A stretch of 64,000 bases of DNA from an uncultured bacterium. Lineage in GTDB: Bacteria; Electryoneota; AABM5-125-24; Hatepunaeales; Hatepunaeaceae. Positions 9,557 through 18,100 of this stretch are shown one piece after another (the first letter of the stretch is position 1; every line of letters begins with the position of its first letter). The DNA is taken from the NCBI GenBank assembly GCA_964627035.1, contig CAZVKN010000001.1:131707-195706 (forward strand). Reading direction: 5' to 3'. Both the position numbers and the translations under genes were made by a program. The notes below the pieces were generated by a model. It had not been told where the DNA came from, did no database searches, and was given only the letters and a program-made list of their open reading frames with translations.

Positions 9557-12500
9557 TTATTTGATCAACGCAATTTTGTTGGTTTCAACACGACCTTTCG
9601 ATTCCAATCTTAACAGATAGAGTCCTGATGGCAATGCTGATGCATCCCATAAAACATCATATTGACCAACTTTTGCCTGCTTTTCAAACAAGCCTAAGAC
9701 CAATCTGCCTGAAATGTCAAATGCTTTCAATGTAGTGCTACCACTCACGTCAACACCAAACCGGACATTTGTCAAACCGTTAAACGGACTCGGATAGATC
9801 GAGCTGATACCGAACTCTACCGGAATTCCGCTCGATTCCTCTCTCGAACTGAGCGGGATGTAATGCAGTTTGAACCTGTCAGCACTAAGAACCACATCCG
9901 GATCCGAATTAGCAACCACGAACCAGAGCACAGTATCTGCATCGGATATTACTCTTTCAAGTTCAACAACGTCAACCTCAATTGACGTAGAATCACTCCG
10001 ACCGATAATCAATGAGTCACCGCCCGACTGCGCCCAGATGTCATAACTGACATGATCGCCCCAATTCGGATCAACCGACTCCTCCCACTCAAACAAGATG
10101 CGTTCGTGGATGTTGACGTTGACGGTATCACCATCAGCAGGCGATGTTAGTGTAAACGGTGAAGGCGGCAATCCTCCGATAACATCGAGTGACACATGAA
10201 GCGTATCGGCGCCCGGCAGTGCGTTGTGCCGGAACACGAGCTCACCGAGGAACGGAACACGTGGCAGACCGTATGAGTTTAACCGCAACACCAAATCCTG
10301 GCTTTCTTCAGTCTCCAAACGTCCGCTCGAAATGGAAATCGTATCCTCTTCAGAAGCATACACGTTAAACCATTCCCGTCTTGCATCAATCTGCCAGATG
10401 TCAATGCGATCACTTGGGTCGCTGCTGTTCGCAATGGAAACAAGTACCCAACTGTAAACATCGTATTGATTGGTAATAAAAGCACCTTCCGGTTTGTCGC
10501 CAGCCACATGACCTAATTCTGCGACAAACATTGTATCACCGGTTGCCGGATTGATCTTGTGAACAATTGTTCGATCAGGTGTGTCCGCTACATGCACGTT
10601 ATGCTGGACGTAAAGAGGATAATCATCCGGATCATCCGGATAGTATGCAAGACCATATATGGTAAAACCGTATCTGTTCAGTCTTGCGACCTCTCTTCCG
10701 TCACGCGTGTAACCCGCAATGTGTCGGGAGGTTTTTGCGCTTATCCACAACAGTTGAAGCTCTGAATCCCATGCTATCGCTTGATTTGGGTTAAACGGTC
10801 CTTCAAATGTTTCTCGCACCTCGCCTTCAGGTGTGAAACCGTAGATTGTCCTGTCTTCACCCCCCCATAACAGTCCTCCGTCCCAGGCAAGATCGCCCAT
10901 TCCATACCGCGAATTTTCACTGAACTGACGGAATTGAGAGATTAGATTACCTTCACGATTCAAAACATAGATAGTGTTATCATCTCGAGCACCTGAGTTC
11001 CCACCGGAACAATAAAAACGGTCATTAGCCCAGATGACACCTTTAATTCGAGGGTCATCTGTTGTTTCGCCAACGGGGAATGACTGACGATGCTCCCAAG
11101 CTTCAGCATCTGCATTGCCGGGGAGACGCTTACGGAATGACCAGTCGAGAGGACCGTTACCGTCATTGGTGAATCTGAACGGGATCACGGTATCAAAATC
11201 CGGCTCGAGCATTGCATCCATCTGTATTGCCGATGATCTGAATTCGGGATGCAGCAGATTAAAATTGATTTCCACACTGTCATCTTCCACCAGAAATGTG
11301 TCCACATAAGTGGAATCATTGTAACCGAATTTTCTTGCGGTGATATTGAATGGGAGTTCAGCCAGTCCGTTTCCCATTCTGTAATAGCCCTCTTCATCAC
11401 TGTTTGCTGCGACACCGTGCTCAGTGGTAATGCTTGCATTTGGTACAGGTTCTCCGGTGGCGGCATCGGTCACGACTCCATAGATGACACCTGACCTGTA
11501 CTTTGGAGAAGTTGCAAACAGGAGTGCTCTCTCATCAGCAAGCTCCGCCGCCTGCACCGGATACTCATTATTGTAGGTGTAATTTATTCCGGTGGTTCCA
11601 TCCGGGCTTGAGATACCGACCGAAGCGTAAGGATTGTCATTAGTCCATGCTTGATCCGTACCGCCTACATTGCTGATGTTATCAACTGATCTATACTGGA
11701 TGACAACATTCTGATCTCCGGTCTCGGTGCCCCAATGATCGTGATCCAGTATTATCACCTGAAAAGTAAGATCGCTATTTCCACCGGTTTTGTGACGGAG
11801 TTCGTACCATTCAACTATAAATCTGTTTTCATCTTCATCGTAATAGTAATAGACCTGAGAATCATCTCGGAACGCAAGCTTATCCCATAGTGGCGCAATC
11901 ATTCCAAGTCCGCCGCCCATTGCTCTGTCCATGGGCCAATTCTGATAATTTGTGACCCTGCCCTGATCTCCCATTGCAATAAATCCGTTGGTACAAATTG
12001 TGATCCTGTCGAACAGCTCTCCATAGAACTGAGTTTCAAATCCTAAAAGTACAACTGTTGATTCTCCGGCATTGCTGTTGTGATCGGGTCTCCCGTCAAA
12101 CTCGCAGGAAACTCCGTTAAAGTCTCTCTCGCGCTCGTTGCGGCTAATCTCAATCCATTCATAGTCAGGTGCAATATCCCACGCATCATCGGTATCGTCA
12201 AAACAGATATAGCCATATTTATCCGGACCCAGAGGCACATTTTCACGCGGTTCGTCAACTTGCAGTTGGAAATAGGCACTGTCAACGAAGTCATTGTCTG
12301 AACGAAGAATCATTAACATATCAACAATCGTTCCGGGAATTGCAATGGTGTTGCCTGTAACAATAAAGGGATCTCCCTGGATATCCTCTTCTTCACCAAT
12401 GGCGATTTCAGGATACTCCGCAAAGGAATTGGTAACTGAAACACCCAAATCCAACGGTCTGATCTCTGCGGTTACCGGTGGTGCTGTGATGGACCCTATG

Positions 12501-15073
12501 TTCGTAACAACTATATCAAGCTCATATTCATCCTCACCAACAGGGATGATATTCCCATTAACGACTCCTGATACCTGGAAATTCGGTGATTGGGGATTAA
12601 GAGGGATTGACGAAGTGAATGTCTCATCACCGCTGTTGAACTCGATTAGTAATACCGGCTTGGTCGCCGGGCGGCTGTTGCCATCGGGGCAATCCTCAGC
12701 AAATAGAATAGTAACACTCTCGTCACCTTCAGCACTACTCCCTTCATCAATGTCGCCGAACGTGATACTGTTCTCCTCTATTTCTATCCACGGTGAACTA
12801 CTGCTGACAACCGCCGATACTTCCTGCAGATCCTCACTACCAAGATTCACCGCACTTAAGCTCAGAACGAACGTTTCCCCCGCGTTGATCTCTCCATCGC
12901 CGTTGTTAGCCTCAATATCCTCCGCTTCAACCAGCTCAAATTCAGCTATTTCCAAAGCGATGTCAGGTGCTTCGACTTCAACTTCACCGAAGAACGGACG
13001 AATGTCCCTGCCTGTCACGGTGACATACAATTCGTCACCTTCAAGCTGTATTCCACCTTCGAATGAAAAGTATGCAACTCCGTTGGAATCAGTGGTGGTT
13101 GTCCACATCAGCATATCATCATAGTTAGCATAATTGTCACTGTTAAACCTTGGCATGTCGCCCGGTGCATAAAGAGTCACCTGCGCACCTGCCACTTCGG
13201 CATCGTCATTGTCAGGCTCATAGACAGATACTTCAAAATACCTCGTTTCCGGGACGATTTGCTCAGGGAATACAGCATCAACTACCCGTGGAACTCCAAT
13301 CCACGGCTGCAAACCAGGGTCTCCAAAAACATCATAATCAGTTCTCACATGCTCAAAAAGTGGTCGGTTCATCCAGCGATGATTTTCAGGAAAGTAAAAT
13401 TCAAATGCGGTAAGTGCTTGACTATACCCCCAACCGAGTGGTAAATCCCGCAGCATGATCCCGTTGACCATCTCAAGAAACATTGCACTCATCGTTCCGG
13501 TCATAGGACCGCCCCAACCGTTGGACGTAGCAACATATCCCTTCAGATTGTCACCACTGCCAGTTCTGAACATAATTTCCTGAGCCCACTCACCATGCCC
13601 ACAGGCGTTGATGTTGATCGGAAAGACTACATTTTCATCAACTTCCCGGTTGAAATCGTGGTCACCGCGTCGGGGAACGAAATAATAGTTCTCTGCACGC
13701 CCCATCATCACATTACAGCCCTCATTCATCACATCCCGAATCACCGGACCTATCCTGTGACCGACTCGGTCATGCGGATAATGCTCATAGAATGTAATGT
13801 CATCGTATCCGAGACGCTGAAGCACTTCCTCACCCCACCTGACATTTGTATGAATTGTTATGTGCCAGGCTGAAGTTGGACTGTTACCCCAATGCTGAGT
13901 GTAAACCATACCGCGTGTGAACCAATCAGTATCCTCCATATATGGTTCAGCTTCATACAGTAGAGTACGACCTACAGCGAGTTCCATTGTCGGACGACTC
14001 CCAGAAGGCCACCTGCTTATAGCCACATCAGGCAGCTCATCGCGACCCTCAAGCAAAGCATACTTATAATCTGCATGAGGAGCACCACCCCAAACGGATT
14101 GCCCTCTTTCAGCATCCAACACCCAACCAACAGAAGGTGGATAGGAATATTGGGATCGGTCTCCAATTAATAGCAGATATTCAAAAGGATCTTCACCCGC
14201 ATCAAGATAGGCATCATATCTATCCTGGATTTCATTTTTTACAGTATTGGTATTCCTAGCTTCACCATTGCTCAGAGACAATACATCAACCTTATAGCCT
14301 GCTTTCCGTCGCCATTCGATAAACGGTGCTGCGTATTCTATGGTGTTTTCATGTGCTGCAATCAAGTAGTGACCGACATGATCAGGAACCTGATCCGGAT
14401 CATCACGCCCGACATCTCCCCCATTCACAGTCAATCCATCAATATATTTCAGAAAGTTTTGACTGCGGTTACGCCGATTAGGTCGCTCAACCCGATTGAC
14501 AGGCGTGTCATCCGTGTAGATGATGTCTGTATTTATCCTGTCATAGTGCAGATAACTGCCGGTTGAATAGTCATACCTGACCGGATAGGTAGTAATCTTG
14601 ACAATGCGAACACCGCGAATAATTCTCGGTGCTGACATCTCAGCAGTCACTAACGGGTATATCCTCACCTCTTGGTTGTCGGTGACATTGACCTGAGAGC
14701 CACACTCCTCCTCAACACACAGCGCTGGTCTGTTGTCAGTTCTGATTCGATGTGGTTCACCTGCATCAACTCTAAGCTCCAAACCGGCATCCGGGGGCAC
14801 GACCACAAACCTGCTGACAGCGGGAAGTATCGGCTTTCCATACTCCATCGTAGCACCTGCTCCCGGCATCAGGAAAGCATCGAATGCTTCATTATCACGC
14901 TCGACAGTTGTCCGTTCAATCCGCGACATATCAAATTCGAGTTGTATCGCCTGAATATCCGATGCGACGACAGTCACATAGTCTTCTCCACTCACTATGT
15001 CTGTGATTGCAGCAAAGGCAGAGAATGACAAAGCGAGGGTTGCAAATACAATCAAACGAAAAATTCCGGTCAT
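9557..15073 (-). CDS. secreted 1838-aa multidomain protein with signal peptide, gingipain-like (peptidase C25) domain, Ig-like spacers, NIDO-like module, CarboxypepD_reg-like domain, beta-propeller-like region and T9SS C-terminal sorting domain
   Basis: C25-type motifs are HYLIAAHEN...FIEWRRKAGYKV, LLLIGD, PHADYKYALLEG..PDVAISRWP and NACGHGEW. The CTD reads YPSPFNGLTNVRF...SGLYLLRLES...KIALIK. It is a paralogue of 15184..20682. Confidence 0.9.
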   Translation of the reverse strand: MTGIFRLIVFATLALSFSAFAAITDIVSGEDYVTVVASDIQAIQLEFDMSRIERTTVERDNEAFDAFLMPGAGATMEYGKPILPAVSRFVVVPPDAGLELRVDAGEPHRIRTDNRPALCVEEECGSQVNVTDNQEVRIYPLVTAEMSAPRIIRGVRIVKITTYPVRYDYSTGSYLHYDRINTDIIYTDDTPVNRVERPNRRNRSQNFLKYIDGLTVNGGDVGRDDPDQVPDHVGHYLIAAHENTIEYAAPFIEWRRKAGYKVDVLSLSNGEARNTNTVKNEIQDRYDAYLDAGEDPFEYLLLIGDRSQYSYPPSVGWVLDAERGQSVWGGAPHADYKYALLEGRDELPDVAISRWPSGSRPTMELAVGRTLLYEAEPYMEDTDWFTRGMVYTQHWGNSPTSAWHITIHTNVRWGEEVLQRLGYDDITFYEHYPHDRVGHRIGPVIRDVMNEGCNVMMGRAENYYFVPRRGDHDFNREVDENVVFPININACGHGEWAQEIMFRTGSGDNLKGYVATSNGWGGPMTGTMSAMFLEMVNGIMLRDLPLGWGYSQALTAFEFYFPENHRWMNRPLFEHVRTDYDVFGDPGLQPWIGVPRVVDAVFPEQIVPETRYFEVSVYEPDNDDAEVAGAQVTLYAPGDMPRFNSDNYANYDDMLMWTTTTDSNGVAYFSFEGGIQLEGDELYVTVTGRDIRPFFGEVEVEAPDIALEIAEFELVEAEDIEANNGDGEINAGETFVLSLSAVNLGSEDLQEVSAVVSSSSPWIEIEENSITFGDIDEGSSAEGDESVTILFAEDCPDGNSRPATKPVLLIEFNSGDETFTSSIPLNPQSPNFQVSGVVNGNIIPVGEDEYELDIVVTNIGSITAPPVTAEIRPLDLGVSVTNSFAEYPEIAIGEEEDIQGDPFIVTGNTIAIPGTIVDMLMILRSDNDFVDSAYFQLQVDEPRENVPLGPDKYGYICFDDTDDAWDIAPDYEWIEISRNERERDFNGVSCEFDGRPDHNSNAGESTVVLLGFETQFYGELFDRITICTNGFIAMGDQGRVTNYQNWPMDRAMGGGLGMIAPLWDKLAFRDDSQVYYYYDEDENRFIVEWYELRHKTGGNSDLTFQVIILDHDHWGTETGDQNVVIQYRSVDNISNVGGTDQAWTNDNPYASVGISSPDGTTGINYTYNNEYPVQAAELADERALLFATSPKYRSGVIYGVVTDAATGEPVPNASITTEHGVAANSDEEGYYRMGNGLAELPFNITARKFGYNDSTYVDTFLVEDDSVEINFNLLHPEFRSSAIQMDAMLEPDFDTVIPFRFTNDGNGPLDWSFRKRLPGNADAEAWEHRQSFPVGETTDDPRIKGVIWANDRFYCSGGNSGARDDNTIYVLNREGNLISQFRQFSENSRYGMGDLAWDGGLLWGGEDRTIYGFTPEGEVRETFEGPFNPNQAIAWDSELQLLWISAKTSRHIAGYTRDGREVARLNRYGFTIYGLAYYPDDPDDYPLYVQHNVHVADTPDRTIVHKINPATGDTMFVAELGHVAGDKPEGAFITNQYDVYSWVLVSIANSSDPSDRIDIWQIDARREWFNVYASEEDTISISSGRLETEESQDLVLRLNSYGLPRVPFLGELVFRHNALPGADTLHVSLDVIGGLPPSPFTLTSPADGDTVNVNIHERILFEWEESVDPNWGDHVSYDIWAQSGGDSLIIGRSDSTSIEVDVVELERVISDADTVLWFVVANSDPDVVLSADRFKLHYIPLSSREESSGIPVEFGISSIYPSPFNGLTNVRFGVDVSGSTTLKAFDISGRLVLGLFEKQAKVGQYDVLWDASALPSGLYLLRLESKGRVETNKIALIK

Positions 15074-15183
15074 GGTTTCTGTCCTGTGTTGATGTAGGAA
15101 TAGTGCTCTGCTTGTGATGTATGAATCTGACTCAACATAAATATCCGAATGATAAATTGCTATGTTCGCTGTTATTTAAGACG

Positions 15184-18100
15184 TTATTTGATCAGAGCCA
15201 CCTTTGACATTTTCACCCTTCCGGCGGATTCCAATCTCAGCATGTATACTCCAGACGGCAGATCGGATGCGTTCCATGTCACCCGGTGAGATCCGGCGCG
15301 AACCGTTCGGTTTACCAATGTTGCAACTTCACGCCCCGAGATGTCAAACGCACGTAAACTGACCCTGTCCATCTTGTCCATGCCGTAGCTGATAGTAGTC
15401 AAACCGTTGAAAGGACTCGGATAGATTGACTCCAGCGCAAATTCAACCGGAGTGTTCAATCTATCCTTAGACGTTGAATTCGGCGTGAATCTGAAACTGT
15501 TGCGTGAACTGCTGTACGTTTGCTCAGGATCTGAATCCGCAACCACCCACCATGTCAGCGAGCGTAGTGGATCATCGGGCCAAAGGTTGCTGAGCGCCAA
15601 CAGATCAACCGACATTGAGCTGCTGTCAGAAACTCCCACCTGCAGCGAATCTTCATCGGATTGCAGCCACACCTGATAGCGGATTATGTCACCCCAGTTT
15701 GGATCTACGCTCTCCTCCCATCTGAAAACTGTCTCATCCAACACATTTGCATCGAGTTCATCATCCTGAGCAGGATATATCAGCTCAAACGGCGACGGTC
15801 CCTGATCACCGATGACATCCAAAAGCACATGAAGCGTGTCCGCTCCACCTTCAGCGTTATGCGTAAACAGAAGCTGCCCTTCAAACGCAACGCGTGGAAG
15901 GTCATAGGAATTCAGAAACAGAGTGAACTCGTCAGCTTCATCCGCTTCAAGCCTTCCTGAGAACACCTCCTGACGAGCATCCGGATCATCATCGGATCTG
16001 TACATTCTGAACCAGTCACGACGTGCATCCATCTGCCACAGATCAATCCTGTCACCATGATTGCTCGAATTTGAAATGGCAAGGAACACCCAACTGTAAA
16101 CGTCATACTGGTTGGTGATGAATGCACCTTCAGGTTTTCCGCCAAGCTGGTGATTAAGCTCTGCCACGAAAAGTGTGTCTTCCGTTTCGGGATTGATCTT
16201 ATGAATGAACGTCCTGTCAGGAACACCCGCAACATGATAATTGTGGTGTACATACAGCGGATAGCCGTCCGGATCGTCGGGCCAATAGCTCAATCCATAT
16301 ATCGTGAAGCGGAAGCGCGGTAATATGGTAATCTCGCGACCTTCACGATCATAACCGGCAATGTGTTGAGAAGTTTTCGCACTGATCCACAATATCTGTC
16401 TGTCACTGTCCCAGGCTAACGCCTGATTAGGATTGAACGGACCTCGGAAATTGCTGACCATCTCACCGTCTGTATTAAAACTGAAGATTGTTCCGTCCTC
16501 ACCTCCCCACAGAAGCCCACCGTCCCAGGCAAGATCGCCCATGCCATAGCGTGATTCACCAAATTGCGGGAAAGAATCGAGCATCACTCCTTCCGGATCA
16601 AGAACATAAATGAAGTTGTCATTACGATTACTCGTTCCACCACCGGTGCAGTAAAACTTCTCATCCGCCCATACCACACCTTTAATCCGTGAGTTGTCCA
16701 CAGTGTCACCGACAAAGAATGACTCACGGTGCTCCCAAGGATCTACGTCAGCATTTCCGGGCAGCCGCTTGCGCAGTGTCCAATCCATAGGTCCGTTGCC
16801 CGCATTCTCGAGCGAGAAATTGATCTCGGTCTCAAAATTCGGATCGAGCATAGCATTAAAGTCTCTCTGTGACGGACCGAACTCAGGATGCAGAAGGTCA
16901 AAACTTACTTCAAGACTGTCATCTTCCTCAATCATTCTGTCTGTTAAAGTAGAATCGTTGAACCCGAGCTTTCTCGCTGTGATGTTGAAAGCAATCTCAG
17001 CCAGTGCATTTGAGATTCGGTAGTAACCTTCATCATCAGTTCGTGCTGCCAGACCGTGCTCGGTGACAATTATCGCATCCTCAATCGGATCGCCGGATCT
17101 TGCATCATGGATCCATCCATATAGTATGCCGGAGCGGTATTTTGGTGATGTTGCGAAAAGTATTGCCCGACGATTCGCCAAAGGTGCAGAAGTGACAGGA
17201 TACTCATTGTCGAAGGAGTAGTTATAGCCTGTCGTACCGTCAGGACTCGAGATACCTACGGATGCATACGGAATATAGTAGTCCTGCTGATTCTGTCCCC
17301 TCACATTTTCCACACTCTTGTACTGAATCAGGATGTTCTGATCACCCGTCTCCGTTACCCACACATCCGTATCGTAAATTATCACCTGAAATGTTAGATC
17401 TCTGTTCCCACCCGTGAAATGTCTCAGCTTGTACCATTCTATGATGAAGCGGTTGTCGTCTTCATCGTAATAGTAGTAAACATCAGAGTCGTCCACGAAT
17501 TTCAATCTGTCCCACAGCGGGGCGATCATACCGGCTCCACCCGCCATAGCGCGATCCATGGGCCAGTTCTGGAAATTCGTAATCCTCTCCTGATCTCCCA
17601 TACAGATATAGCCGTTCGTACTGATCGTGATTTGGTCGTAAACCTGACCGTAGAACTGAGTATCAAACCCCAGATCAACCACGAGAGCTTCACCGACATC
17701 CTCAGGTGAATCGCCTTCAAAATCACAGGAAACACCGTTAAAATCACGCTCTCTTTCGTCACGGCTGATCTCAACCCAATCATAGTCGGGCGCCATATCC
17801 CAGTTGTCATCGGTGTCATCAAAACAGATATAACCGTAACCGTCAGGACCGCCAGGCTTGTTTCTGCCCGTAGAACCGACTTCCATCTCGAAAAAGACTG
17901 TGTCCACAAACCCATCATCATTGGAAAGGACTAACAATAGATCGGTAGTTGATCCGGGAACGACAATTCGATTGCCCGTAACGAGGAACGGATTCCCTTC
18001 AATTCTGCTATGTCTCCCTGCATCAATTTCGGGGTAAGACCCGAATTCACGGATCGGTGTGATCCCAATCCCGCCGACGACCAACTCAGCGTTAAACGCA

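Noticed and set aside
12294-13124. 276-aa plus-strand ORF, and many other ORFs of 60-130 aa, antisense to the giant C25-like genes.
   Set aside because: They are shadow ORFs inside a well-supported 1838-aa CDS. Their composition is low-complexity and Ser-rich, and they have no start context or recognisable motifs.
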